DNA of 64,000 bases from Pseudolabrys sp. (GTDB lineage: Bacteria; Pseudomonadota; Alphaproteobacteria; Rhizobiales; Xanthobacteraceae), in contig DATBHE010000074.1 of NCBI GenBank assembly GCA_036557605.1, positions 17,671-81,670 on the forward strand, given 5' to 3'. How positions within the stretch are numbered: the first letter of the stretch is position 1; every line of letters starts with the position of its first letter. Shown here in pieces: positions 1 to 9,625 of the stretch. The notes beneath the pieces are model-generated. The model saw only the letters and a list, made by a program, of their open reading frames with translations. It ran no database searches and was not told the origin of the DNA. The translations under genes were made by a program, and so were the position numbers.

Positions 1-311
1 GTAAGTGTCCAGCTGTATTCGAGCTGTTTGGTTCGCCACACACTTGAGATCCGGTCGGCATCGGGTCCCATCTCATGCCGATGCCGAGCTATCGCGGCGT
101 GGACATCAAACAGTGTCCCGTAGGCGTCAAAAACGAAAATCGACATCAATTCCTCCAAATGAGGATTTCATAGTCTTTTGCGGCGGCGCTACGTAAGATC
201 GCACCGTTAGCTCGTCATTGCCGGAATCGGCAATCCATGAACCTTCCGCTGTGGAAGCGCACCATGGAGGTGCTGGTCAAGCCCGCGCATGGCTTGTGAT
301 GGAGTGGGCCC

Positions 312-1172
312 ATGCCCGGACAAAATTGGTCGAAGACGTGGACCTTTTATGAAGGCGAATGGCACGAGGGCAATGTCCCGATTATGGGCGTGCGTGACCA
401 CGCGGCGTGGCTGTGTTCGTCCGTTTTTGATGGCGCCCGTACGTTCGAGGGCGTGTCACCGGACCTTGATCTACATTGCGCGCGAGTGAATGCCTCGGCT
501 GAGACCATGCATCTCAAACCTGTCGTCTCGGCCGAACATTGGCTCGAACTGACTCGCGACGGCGCCAAGCGCTTCGGCAAGGACGTGGCCCTGTATATCC
601 GTCCGATGTATTGGGCCGAACGCAGCGGGACGTTACTGGTCGCACCTGACCCGGAATCGACCAAATGGTGTCTGGCTCTTTACGAGGCCCCTATGCGAAA
701 GCCGGAGGGCTTCTCGGTGACGCTGTCGCCCTACCGTAAGCCAAGTCTCGAATGCATGCCGGTCAACGCGAAAGCAGGTTGCCTTTACCCGAACAATGCG
801 CGTGCACTTCTTGAAGCCAATACCCGCGGCTTTGGCAACTGCGTGGTGCTCGACCTGCTTGGAAATGTGGCCGAACTCGCCACGGCCAATATTTTCATTG
901 GCAAAGATGGCGCCGTACTCACTCCGGCGCCTAACGGCACGTTTCTCAACGGGATCACGCGTCAGCGCGTCATCAAGCTTCTGCGCGACGCTGGCGTAAG
1001 TGTGGTTGAAACCACGCTTAGCTATCGTGACATACAGAATGCGGATGAGATCTTCTCCACTGGTAACTACTCGAAGGTCATGCCGGTCAACCGTATCGAC
1101 GATCGCTCGTTGCAGCCGGGACCGCTCTATCGCAAGGCGCGAGAGCTCTACTGGGATTACGCGCATGCATAG
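312..1172 (+). CDS. Branched-chain amino acid aminotransferase-like protein (PLP fold-type IV)
   Basis: FDGAR motif, YIRP, catalytic Lys in NAKAGCLY, ELATANIF and LNGITRQ motifs of class IV aminotransferases. Confidence 0.9.
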   Translation: MPGQNWSKTWTFYEGEWHEGNVPIMGVRDHAAWLCSSVFDGARTFEGVSPDLDLHCARVNASAETMHLKPVVSAEHWLELTRDGAKRFGKDVALYIRPMYWAERSGTLLVAPDPESTKWCLALYEAPMRKPEGFSVTLSPYRKPSLECMPVNAKAGCLYPNNARALLEANTRGFGNCVVLDLLGNVAELATANIFIGKDGAVLTPAPNGTFLNGITRQRVIKLLRDAGVSVVETTLSYRDIQNADEIFSTGNYSKVMPVNRIDDRSLQPGPLYRKARELYWDYAHA

Positions 1173-1187
1173 CGGTAGCGACGGGCG

Positions 1188-2078
1188 ATGATGAGTGGTC
1201 CGATTGCCATCATCGGTCTGGGATTGATGGGCGAGGTGTATGCCCAGCGGCTCCTCGACGCAAAATTTCCTGTTATTGGTTTCGACATCGATCGCACCCG
1301 CTGTGAGCGGCTGACCGAAATTGGCGGCAAACCGGCTCAATCGATTGCGGAGCTTGCGAAAATTGCACGCTGCGTTGTCATCGCTGTCTTCAACACCGAT
1401 CAGGTCGAGGGTGTGGTGGAAAAGCATCTGCTACCGGCACTCGGTGAGGAGTCAGGAAAGATCGTTCTAGGTATGAGCACATGCGATCCTGACCAGATCG
1501 AAGCGCTTGCGGATCGCGTGATTCCCCGCGGCATTCGATATCTGGATATGCCTGTCTCCGGCACCAGCGATCAGGTGCGGCGCGGCGAGGGCGTGGCGCT
1601 CATTGGCGGCGATATCTCGATCGCGAATGAAGTCAAAGATGTGCTCGACGCCTTATTCGCACGACGTTTTCACATCGGCAAAGTCGGCGACGGCGGCCGC
1701 GCCAAGCTCGCCGTGAATTTGATTCTCGGTCTCAATCGTCTCGCCTTGGCCGAAGGTCTCGTCTTCGCAGAGCGCCTCGGACTTGACCCCGCAGCGTTTC
1801 TGGAGATCGCTCGAGGTTCGGCGTCGTATTCACAAGTGATGGACACGAAGGGCCACAAAATGGTGCGTGGAGATTTTTCACCGGAGGGCCGCATCCGGCA
1901 GACATTGAAAGATGCGCACCTCATGCTCGACCAAGCCTCTGCGGCCGGGCAGAAATTGTCCATGCTTGAGGTGCACGCCGGTGTTCTCGAGGCGTGCGTA
2001 CGTGCCGGTGAGGCCGACCTCGACAACAGCGCGGTCATCAAGGAGGTTCGTCGTCGTGGAAGCGCTAACCGCGCGTAA
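1188..2078 (+). CDS. NAD(P)-dependent oxidoreductase, 3-hydroxyisobutyrate dehydrogenase family
   Basis: GLGLMG Rossmann motif, DMPVSG, KLAVN catalytic Lys motif. Confidence 0.88.
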   Translation: MMSGPIAIIGLGLMGEVYAQRLLDAKFPVIGFDIDRTRCERLTEIGGKPAQSIAELAKIARCVVIAVFNTDQVEGVVEKHLLPALGEESGKIVLGMSTCDPDQIEALADRVIPRGIRYLDMPVSGTSDQVRRGEGVALIGGDISIANEVKDVLDALFARRFHIGKVGDGGRAKLAVNLILGLNRLALAEGLVFAERLGLDPAAFLEIARGSASYSQVMDTKGHKMVRGDFSPEGRIRQTLKDAHLMLDQASAAGQKLSMLEVHAGVLEACVRAGEADLDNSAVIKEVRRRGSANRA

Positions 2079-3042
2079 CCGGGACCGGCTTGCTTTCGGC
2101 CATTGAGCGAATTGTGGCTTCAAAGACACCGACAACATCCAGCATGTCGGTCGTCGAGACAGGGAAGGGCTTTCCGGTCTCGAGAGTCTCGGCGAAAGCC
2201 TCAAGCAGAATGCCAAGAGAGTCCGCCGGCGGATAAGTTTTAGTCTCTGGCTGGCTGCCGATCATTGCGATCGTGAGTGATGTCTCCTCGCGGGCTTCGG
2301 CTGAACCCTTGGTACCAAAGACATGGATGCGCCAGAACATCGGCGCAGCACGGACCGTGGCCAGCAGCCCGGTCGCGCCACTTTCGAATTGCACCATCGC
2401 TGCCGTAGCGTCGCGTGGATCGGGAGGCGGTTTCTGCGCGAAGACGCGGGCATCAACCTGTGCGATTGGTCCGACAAGATTCACGAATGCGTCGAGCACG
2501 TGCAACCCGGCACCGGTCATGCCGCCGCCGGGCGATTCTCGTGGATCGTCGCGCCAGCCACCTTTGACACGGATGGAATGCTCATTGCTGAAATTGCCCT
2601 CGACGTGCAGGATCTCGCCCAGTGTCCCGTCGGCGACAATCCGCTTCAGCGCGCGCATGCACGGAAAGCAGCGCTTGTTGTTGCCAAGCGCAAACGGCAC
2701 TCCGGCCTTTTTGGTGGCCTCGATGGCGCGTTTGGCTTCAGCAAGCGTGAGCGCGAGAGGCTTCTCACACCAGACCGGCTTGCCCGCCGCGGCGACCGCG
2801 GCGATCTGGCCCACGTGAAGGGAATGCGGAGTTGCGAGAAAGACTGCCTGCACGCGGGGATCGGCAACCGCTTCTTCGAATTCGGTTGATAGTTCGAACC
2901 CTTTGGCTGTCGCGAAATCGCGCACCAGCTCGGGCTCCTTGCTGACACCGCGGATAAAACGCAGGCGCTTGCTTTTGCCCTGTACCGCCTCGACGATATT
3001 TTTTCCCCACCGGCCAAGGCCGATGACGGCTGCATCGATCAT
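2065..3042 (-). CDS. Gfo/Idh/MocA family oxidoreductase
   Basis: AAVIGLGRWG, ATPHSLH, VWCEKP motifs; start placed at ATG 3042 (MIDAAVIG). Confidence 0.9.
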   Translation of the reverse strand: MIDAAVIGLGRWGKNIVEAVQGKSKRLRFIRGVSKEPELVRDFATAKGFELSTEFEEAVADPRVQAVFLATPHSLHVGQIAAVAAAGKPVWCEKPLALTLAEAKRAIEATKKAGVPFALGNNKRCFPCMRALKRIVADGTLGEILHVEGNFSNEHSIRVKGGWRDDPRESPGGGMTGAGLHVLDAFVNLVGPIAQVDARVFAQKPPPDPRDATAAMVQFESGATGLLATVRAAPMFWRIHVFGTKGSAEAREETSLTIAMIGSQPETKTYPPADSLGILLEAFAETLETGKPFPVSTTDMLDVVGVFEATIRSMAESKPVPVTRG

Positions 3043-3149
3043 GAAAGGGACAGCGAAATTACGTGAAGCGGAACCATGGATGGCACATAGTAGACAAGCT
3101 GATGCGCAAACGGCAATGCGCCGAAATTTCACAGGGGAAATAATGAATC

Positions 3150-3530
3150 ATGCAAGTCCAGGAGCAGAATGAGCGCGGACTCAAACTACGCGTCGATATG
3201 TTCGGACGGGAAGCCGTTGAAAAGCGTATGAACGCGTTCGGCGATTTTGGAAAGCCGCTGCAACACATCATCAATACCTATGCCTATGGCGACGTGTGGC
3301 AACGTCCGTCATTGGCGCCGGCGATTAAATCGCTTGTAATGGTCGCAATGATGGGGGCAGCTGGACACAACAATGAGTTGCGCGTGCACATCAAGGGCGC
3401 GCTGAAAAATGGCTGCTCCGCCGAGCAGATTCAAGACGTGCTTTTGCTTCTGACGATGTATTGCGGAATCCCCGCCGCCAATGAGGCACACCGCATCGCA
3501 GTCGATGTGCTGAACGAAGAGAAACGATGA
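3150..3530 (+). CDS. Carboxymuconolactone decarboxylase family protein
   Basis: YAYGDVWQRP...ELRVHIKGALKNG...YCGIPAA pattern of the PcaC/CMD family. Confidence 0.88.
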   Translation: MQVQEQNERGLKLRVDMFGREAVEKRMNAFGDFGKPLQHIINTYAYGDVWQRPSLAPAIKSLVMVAMMGAAGHNNELRVHIKGALKNGCSAEQIQDVLLLLTMYCGIPAANEAHRIAVDVLNEEKR

Positions 3531-3533
3531 GGA

Positions 3534-5174
3534 CTAAGGCGGCGGCTCGGTCAGCAGGTTCGGAACGGGGCGGCCTCGGATGTCATACACGCGGGCAAAA
3601 ACGATGCCTTCCCGCTCGATCTCAACAAGCACTGGTGCTGTGAGATCTCGGCAGTAAAATGTGCCGAGCACCATCGCGAAGTCCGCGCGCGTGGGCTCCC
3701 AAGTCGTTTCGAACTCGGGGCCGAGCGCGACTTCCGCCGGCCGTTGTGGTCCGCAGATCTCTACGATCCAGCGTCGAGCCGCGGGCCGCTTCAGGCCCAT
3801 GGTGTCGATCTTGGCACGCAATGCTTCGCTGGCCTGCTTAAAGGCAAGACCCCAGTAGTCGAGCATGTAGTTGTCGTGTGCCATTCGCACGCCGCCCGAC
3901 GCCCAGTTGAAGGCTGTGTATTGGTATGGATGCAGGCGCACCATGTCACTGATGGGCAAAGCCAGTCCGGCGCCCGAAAAAGCGGCGAATGCAGCCATAG
4001 CCCACTTACCGGCGGTTCTCGCGCGCTCGAACAACCATGCGCCAGAAAGTCCGCCGAGCACGGCGAACGGCGGCACCACAAAAACAAAATGACGCAATCC
4101 GTTATACAGAGCGGGATGCGTCGTCATCGCAATCAGCACCGGCAGAAAAGTCGATGCGATGAGCAGCACGTAGTTGGCCCGACGCGTCAGCGGCAACCGC
4201 TTCTGACCGGAGGCAATCAGAGCGCCGGCAGCCCCAACGATTCCAAGCACCAGCATGATTTCGGGTAGCTTCAAAATAAAAAGATGCGGCAGGTAGGTTG
4301 CCGGCATATCGGTCACGGCATAGAGCTTGCCTGCGTAAAGCTCTCGCCAAGGCTTTTCGAAGAACGTGTCGAAATATTCAGCAGCGCGGAACGGATTGAA
4401 CGGCGAAAGCACCGACCAGGGCCATAGCAATCCCATAATTACATAGCCGAAGATTAACGCCGGGATTGACCGCAGGACGAATGTGCCAAGTCTTGCCGAC
4501 GTCCGCTTGAGACCGAGCGCATTGATCTCGCCGGCAACGATCAGAGTCAGGGCAGCCAGCGCGCAGGGCGCTGCGATTCCCGCAAGGATGCGGGAGCCGA
4601 ACGCGAGGCCGAGCCCGGCCGCGAGGAGAGCGATTGTTGGAAGTCGCGGCTTCGGATACTCATCAAAGGCGCGCACGATGCCGAGCAGCAGCACCGTCAT
4701 GGCGGTGGCGAAGGGCGCATCCTTCGCGTTCATAAACATGTGGCCGTAGTAGAGCGGACAGGTGGCGAGCAAAACGAGTGCAATCAGTCCTGCCGTTGGT
4801 CCACCGAGCCGACGGCCGATGCGCCAGGTGACAATCAAGCCGATGATGCCCGTTAAGGCTCCGACAAGACGGCGCGTCTCAAACAAGCCGAATGGCGATA
4901 CCTTGGCGGCGATAGCCGCCGCCATATCGAAGCCGCCGCCATATTTATAGAGATTGACGAAAGAAAGGGCGCGCTTGTCGGAAAACCCGGAGCCGTAGAA
5001 TCCAAGGAGCAACTCTCCGTATTCGGAATGCGTGTAATCATCCCATCCGAGGCCATAGTCCCGGAACGTGAAAGCCGCGATGATTGCTACAATAGCGAGA
5101 ACGGCAAACGCGATTTGATCGGCGAATAAATCCGCCGATCGGTTGACAGGTGTTTTCGCAGAAGCTCGCGAGAT
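3534..5174 (-). CDS. GT-C fold membrane glycosyltransferase (GT39/PMT/ArnT-like); start codon uncertain
   Basis: Multi-TM protein with DYGLGWDDYTH, YGHMFMNAKD and YNGLRHF motifs; the reading frame is open upstream of TTG 5012 to the sodB stop; 5174 is an in-frame ATC. Confidence 0.75.
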   Translation of the reverse strand: MSRASAKTPVNRSADLFADQIAFAVLAIVAIIAAFTFRDYGLGWDDYTHSEYGELLLGFYGSGFSDKRALSFVNLYKYGGGFDMAAAIAAKVSPFGLFETRRLVGALTGIIGLIVTWRIGRRLGGPTAGLIALVLLATCPLYYGHMFMNAKDAPFATAMTVLLLGIVRAFDEYPKPRLPTIALLAAGLGLAFGSRILAGIAAPCALAALTLIVAGEINALGLKRTSARLGTFVLRSIPALIFGYVIMGLLWPWSVLSPFNPFRAAEYFDTFFEKPWRELYAGKLYAVTDMPATYLPHLFILKLPEIMLVLGIVGAAGALIASGQKRLPLTRRANYVLLIASTFLPVLIAMTTHPALYNGLRHFVFVVPPFAVLGGLSGAWLFERARTAGKWAMAAFAAFSGAGLALPISDMVRLHPYQYTAFNWASGGVRMAHDNYMLDYWGLAFKQASEALRAKIDTMGLKRPAARRWIVEICGPQRPAEVALGPEFETTWEPTRADFAMVLGTFYCRDLTAPVLVEIEREGIVFARVYDIRGRPVPNLLTEPPP

Positions 5175-5192
5175 GGGGCCCTTTGCGCTTGC

Positions 5193-5795
5193 CTATTTGA
5201 TTCCTGCGGCGAACAACTCTTCGACGTAATCCCAGTTCACAAGATGGTCCAAAAATGCCTTGAGGTAATCAGGGCGACGATTCCGATAATCGATATAATA
5301 GGAATGCTCCCAGACGTCGCAGCCCAGGATCGGTGTTGCGCCATGAACGAGTGGGTTTTCGCCATTCGGTGTCTTGCTCACGATCAATTTGCCATCCTTG
5401 ACGGCTAGCCATGCCCAGCCTGAGCCGAACTGGGTGACACCGGCCTGGGTGAAATCCTCTTTCATCTTGGCCACACCGCCGAGGTCACTTTCGATCTTGG
5501 CTTTAAGTTTCCCGGGGATCTTGTCGCCGCCGCCATTCGGCTTCATCCATTTCCAGAAGTGGGTATGGTTGTAATGCTGGCCGGCGTTATTGAAGAGGCC
5601 TGCATTCTTCCCGAACGAACCCTTCACCACCTCCTCGACGGATTTATTTTCGAGTCCGCTTCCTTCCAGAAGTTTGTTCCCGTTATCGACGTAGGCTTTG
5701 TGATGCTTGTCGTGATGGTATTCGAGTGTCTCGCGCGACATATATGGCGCGAGTGCGTCATGGGCATATGGAAGGTCGGGCAACTTGAACGACAT
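5193..5795 (-). CDS. sodB: Fe-type superoxide dismutase
   Basis: HHDKHH, AGQHYNH (Gln typical of Fe-SOD), DVWEHSYY; GAGGAGG SD before ATG 5795. Confidence 0.96.
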   Translation of the reverse strand: MSFKLPDLPYAHDALAPYMSRETLEYHHDKHHKAYVDNGNKLLEGSGLENKSVEEVVKGSFGKNAGLFNNAGQHYNHTHFWKWMKPNGGGDKIPGKLKAKIESDLGGVAKMKEDFTQAGVTQFGSGWAWLAVKDGKLIVSKTPNGENPLVHGATPILGCDVWEHSYYIDYRNRRPDYLKAFLDHLVNWDYVEELFAAGIK

Positions 5796-6098
5796 CATAT
5801 CCTCCTCAGTCGACAAACATGATTGCGGAATAAACCAGCCCTAGGGTGAAACTGGCCCGCCTTGGGCGAGTTCCTCAGTCAGCTAATTAGGCGGTGAGTC
5901 GGTTCTGGGCAATGTTTGAAATAGGCCGTTGGGGTGACTGTGGTTGCTCGCCCGCGTAATTGTAGTGTCTTTGGCCCAGCGCGCATCGTTACTTTGGTGG
6001 TTGCCGCAGGCACGCGAAAAAGCGAGAATTTGTCTTTGCCAGAAGAATTTAGCCCGAAAACCTGCGGCAAAAGGTACTGGTTAGAAGGGACGTAGATA

Positions 6099-6968
6099 AT
6101 GGCGATATTGCTGCTTAGCGTCGGTACGCTTGCCTTGCTTGCGGGACTAGTTATGGTCGGATTTGGTATTCCGATCAACGAATTCAGTTTCGGAAATACG
6201 CTTATCAGCGCGGGCACCACAGCTGCTGTCGGTGGCCTGATAGTTATCGCGCTAGGCGTGACTGTCGGGCAATTGCGACGGATCGCTGAATTGCTGACAA
6301 GTGAGCTATCGGACAGATTCTCGCAGTCAATGGACCTTTCGGAAGCAATAGACGGACCATCAATCGGCGGGTCGCTTGGTGTTGCTGTTGCGCCACGTTC
6401 AAGGCCTGAAGCGAATCTGGGTTCGTCGCCGAGTATTCCGGTTTCGAGAGAGGCGAGCCAAGAGCAGGCTCCAATGTTACGTAATCCGGAAGAAGCACCT
6501 ATAGCGGTAGAGGACGAAATTTCCTTATCGCCGCCTCAGCCGACCGGGACTTCAGTGTCCCCCGGGGCCATGCCGGCCGGCCTAACTGCGAAATCCCCGG
6601 CGAGTAAAAACCAGGAATTGGCGGCCGGCTGGAAGCCATCGTCAAGCCATTCCCAGGGATTGCCGCTTCGACCGCTCGAGCCCGCCAAGTTTGATGCAAT
6701 GTGGCCGGCCGAAGCAAAACCTCCCAAGGCCAAAGTCGATGACGCGAAGCAATCTCCGCCTGCACGTGATCCATTGGTTTCGGCGCCGAAACAGTCGGAG
6801 CCCGAAGCGGCAAAGCCACGCGCTGTCGCCATTCTCAAATCCGGCGTGGTCGATGGCATGGGTTACACGCTCTATGTCGATGGATCTATCGAGGCCGAAC
6901 TACCACAAGGTACCTTGCGGTTTGCGTCGATCCACGAGCTTCGGAGCCATCTTGAAAAGAATTCATGA
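6099..6968 (+). CDS. Membrane protein: two N-terminal TM helices, Pro/Ser-rich linker, short conserved-looking C-terminal domain
   Basis: 289-aa ORF with hydrophobic N-terminus, low-complexity middle and terminal ILKSGVVDGMGYTLYVDGSIEAELPQG segment. Confidence 0.8.
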   Translation: MAILLLSVGTLALLAGLVMVGFGIPINEFSFGNTLISAGTTAAVGGLIVIALGVTVGQLRRIAELLTSELSDRFSQSMDLSEAIDGPSIGGSLGVAVAPRSRPEANLGSSPSIPVSREASQEQAPMLRNPEEAPIAVEDEISLSPPQPTGTSVSPGAMPAGLTAKSPASKNQELAAGWKPSSSHSQGLPLRPLEPAKFDAMWPAEAKPPKAKVDDAKQSPPARDPLVSAPKQSEPEAAKPRAVAILKSGVVDGMGYTLYVDGSIEAELPQGTLRFASIHELRSHLEKNS

Positions 6969-7148
6969 CCCAACTTCGCTCGTAGCCAATGCCCATTGTT
7001 CTTCGTTTCTTCTTCCCAAAATGTACTTAGTCGCGTTCAACCCAATATTGTCGTACCAGACAAAGAGCTTTTTCTTGCAACTACAGAACTGGGATAGTAG
7101 TTTTAAATATTGGGGCTAGTCCACGGGTCGTCAGACGGGGCGGTTGCA

Positions 7149-7568
7149 ATGACAGACAGTACAGCCAGTGGAAACTACATCGAACTGACAGCTGAAATCG
7201 TCTCGGCCTATGTCAGTAACAACACTGTCCCGGCAGCAGAGATTCCTGGTCTGATCAACCAAGTTCACGCCGCGCTGACGCGAGTGTCCGGAAAGCCCGC
7301 CGAAGGTTCTGCCGAACCCCTCAAGCCGGCTGTGTCCGTAAAAAAATCAATTACGCCTGAATACATCGTATGCCTTGAGGACGGAAAGAAATTCAAATCG
7401 CTCAAGCGGCACCTGCGCACTCAGTACAACATGACCCCAGAGCAGTATCGCGAGAAATGGGGCTTAAACGCCGAATATCCAATGGTCGCGCCGAACTATG
7501 CTGCCGCACGATCGCAACTCGCAAAACAGATGGGTCTCGGACAGCAGCGGCGAAGACGGGCGAAATAG
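7149..7568 (+). CDS. mucR: MucR/Ros family transcriptional regulator
   Basis: [29 protein letters not shown] and YPMVAPNYA motifs; start ATG 7149. Confidence 0.96.
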   Translation: MTDSTASGNYIELTAEIVSAYVSNNTVPAAEIPGLINQVHAALTRVSGKPAEGSAEPLKPAVSVKKSITPEYIVCLEDGKKFKSLKRHLRTQYNMTPEQYREKWGLNAEYPMVAPNYAAARSQLAKQMGLGQQRRRRAK

Positions 7569-7710
7569 TGACCTTGGCGACTATGCCTGGCTGAAATCCG
7601 GTCTGGTGGACTGTTTCGTTTTTCAATCGTTAGGCTCGGTACAAAAAAACTTATCCCCGGTCCTTCATTTTAGGCGATCTTATAGGTAAATAATCCTATG
7701 AGGGTCGTCC

Positions 7711-8079
7711 ATGGCTTTCCTTTGTTCAGAATTCAAACAGGCGGACCAGCGGCGCCGACCGCATGATCTCGCCGAGGCCCACCGCCGATTGATTGAAGAG
7801 ACTGTCGCAGCTGTTTTTGCTGTGCCAGTCGGAAAAATTCGCGCGCCCTCACGCGGGTCTGCTTCAGTCGCATTCGCGCGCCAGGTCGCAATGTATCTTG
7901 CCCATATCGTGCTGGGCCACAGTTATACCGCGATAGGTCACTCGTTCGGACGTGATCGGACGACCGTTGCTCACGCGTGTGCGTTGGTTGAGGACGTACG
8001 CGATAATCCACCGGCTGATTGTCTCTTAAGCGCACTAGAATGCGTCTTGGAGCCACTTGCTCGACAGGCCCGGGCATGA
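7711..8079 (+). CDS. gafY: DnaA C-terminal-like HTH protein; probable GafY (N-terminal half of a split GafA GTA activator)
   Basis: RQVAMYLAH...IGHSFGRDRTTVAHAC resembles the DnaA domain IV HTH; coupled by an ATGA overlap to the DUF6456 gene. Confidence 0.7.
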   Translation: MAFLCSEFKQADQRRRPHDLAEAHRRLIEETVAAVFAVPVGKIRAPSRGSASVAFARQVAMYLAHIVLGHSYTAIGHSFGRDRTTVAHACALVEDVRDNPPADCLLSALECVLEPLARQARA

Positions 8080-8702
8080 GGATCGCCGGCAAAAGTGGTT
8101 GCCCGCAGACGCCGGTGTCCGGCCAACCATCAATCGACGGGTTTCGAGCCCAGCACCTCGTTCTCGCGGAACGCGAAATTGCGGCGGAAAATGGCCCCGC
8201 CAAGGTTACTGTCGACGAAAATGAGAGTCCGCTGGCATGGCTTGCCCGACGGCGGGGACGCGATGGCCGGGCAATGATCGAGCCACACCAGTTGCAGGCC
8301 GGAGAGCGGCTACGAGCCGATTTCACGCGCGCTCTTCTTATGCCGCGTACAAGCTCGAATTGGTCAAATCCGCTGCCCGGCAATCGCCAAGCAAGCGGAC
8401 CGCGAACGGCTGTGTTGACGGAAACGATCGTCGCAGCCAAGCAACGCGTGCGCCACGCCCTTGATGCCGTCGGTCCGGAATTCGCGGGCCTGCTGCTCGA
8501 TGTCTGCTGTTTTCTAAAGGGCCTTGAAGTGGCCGAACGCGAACGTGCCTGGCCGGCACGCTCCGCAAAAGTCGTTTTGCAGTTGGCGCTCGACCGCTTG
8601 GCGCGCCACTACGGTTATGGCGCCCGTACCCGCGGTCCTGCGACTTCGAGTATACGGACTTGGCTCTCCGATGGCGCCCATTTTACCGTGACAAGCGACT
8701 AG
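8076..8702 (+). CDS. gafZ: DUF6456 domain protein; probable GafZ (C-terminal half of split GafA)
   Basis: ESPLAWLARRR, AGERLRADF, LLDVCCFLKGLE..ER...WPARSAKVVLQLALDRLARHYG; ATG 8076 overlaps the upstream TGA. Confidence 0.7.
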   Translation: MRIAGKSGCPQTPVSGQPSIDGFRAQHLVLAEREIAAENGPAKVTVDENESPLAWLARRRGRDGRAMIEPHQLQAGERLRADFTRALLMPRTSSNWSNPLPGNRQASGPRTAVLTETIVAAKQRVRHALDAVGPEFAGLLLDVCCFLKGLEVAERERAWPARSAKVVLQLALDRLARHYGYGARTRGPATSSIRTWLSDGAHFTVTSD

Positions 8703-9130
8703 GCGACGGCCGCCAAGGCGGCGGTGGCTTCGGTACGAATTCGCTGTACCATGGACCGCAGCCCGTTCGAGCGCTGAGGCGTGAGATTTTCTCGCAAGCC
8801 AATCCGATCGAAGATCTCCGTCGCATCAATGTCCAGGATCTCGCGCGCACTTTTGCCCGAATAGAGCGCAAGCAATATTGCAATCAGGCCGCGGACGATG
8901 TGAGCGTCGCTGTCACCTTCGAACGTGAGCACGGGTCCCGATGATCCGTTCGCCTTGACATGCGTGAGCAGCCAGACCTGGCTGGCGCAGCCTTGCACTT
9001 TGTTGGTTTCGGAATGCGCGCTTTCAGCCAATGGCGGGAGCGCTCGCCCCAGCTCGATCACGTAGCGGTAGCGGTCATCCCAGTCGTCGAGCACCGCGAA
9101 GTTGTCGACAATCTCGTCAATAGCGTTCAT
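8699..9130 (-). CDS. sufE: SufE family Fe-S assembly sulfur acceptor
   Basis: VQGCASQVW catalytic Cys, GDSDAHIVRGL, LTPQRSNGL. Confidence 0.95.
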   Translation of the reverse strand: MNAIDEIVDNFAVLDDWDDRYRYVIELGRALPPLAESAHSETNKVQGCASQVWLLTHVKANGSSGPVLTFEGDSDAHIVRGLIAILLALYSGKSAREILDIDATEIFDRIGLRENLTPQRSNGLRSMVQRIRTEATAALAAVA

Positions 9131-9217
9131 GACGCATCATATATACGTTCGCGTCAGATGCCGCCAATAGATCGGTGAGGACGATGATGACGCGAAAGCA
9201 GCTTGAATATTGAATAT

Positions 9218-9625
9218 CTACGCTGCCGGTCCGTTGGCCCGTGCCTCACGGCGGGGTGGCAGCGGGACTGGTGCGTGCCAGCCCGGCGCCATGTCGGCCG
9301 GCGTCAATGTGCCCTGGCCGACAGTGGCTGAGGACTTGTTATCGCCCATTTCCGCCGATTTCTCTCGAAGCTTCATAATGAACTCATAGAGAGTACGTGC
9401 GCCGGCCTCGGCCTTGTGACCGAGAGCGACCGCTACCTTGCCTCCGGTGACGCAGGCATCGGGTTGACGCTCGCAAAATCCCCGCGCATCGGAAACGGCT
9501 GCGCTCGCAAGCGTCACAGCTTCCGACGCAGCAATTTGTGCTTCAGGATTTGTCGACTTCTTGCTACTTGGCAGCAGCACGCAGACGACGCACAGCCAAA
9601 ATGCCATTCGCAGAAGGAAGAACAT
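9218..9625 (-). CDS. DUF5330 domain protein
   Basis: MFFLLRMAFWL N-terminal TM, FCERQPDAC motif, GTLTPADM tail. Confidence 0.8.
   Translation of the reverse strand: MFFLLRMAFWLCVVCVLLPSSKKSTNPEAQIAASEAVTLASAAVSDARGFCERQPDACVTGGKVAVALGHKAEAGARTLYEFIMKLREKSAEMGDNKSSATVGQGTLTPADMAPGWHAPVPLPPRREARANGPAA

Noticed and set aside
55-87. 10-bp inverted repeat TCGGCATCGG...CCGATGCCGA near the window start, considered as a riboswitch
   Set aside because: No conserved riboswitch core recognised; probably the terminator or hairpin of an upstream gene outside the window.
5879-6220. 113-aa minus-strand ORF upstream of sodB
   Set aside because: Overlaps the start of the 6099 membrane protein gene antisense and the sodB promoter region; no motif.
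7669-7683. TTTA-N7-TTAT upstream of gafY as a CtrA box
   Set aside because: Two mismatches within an AT-rich spacer; chance occurrence is likely.
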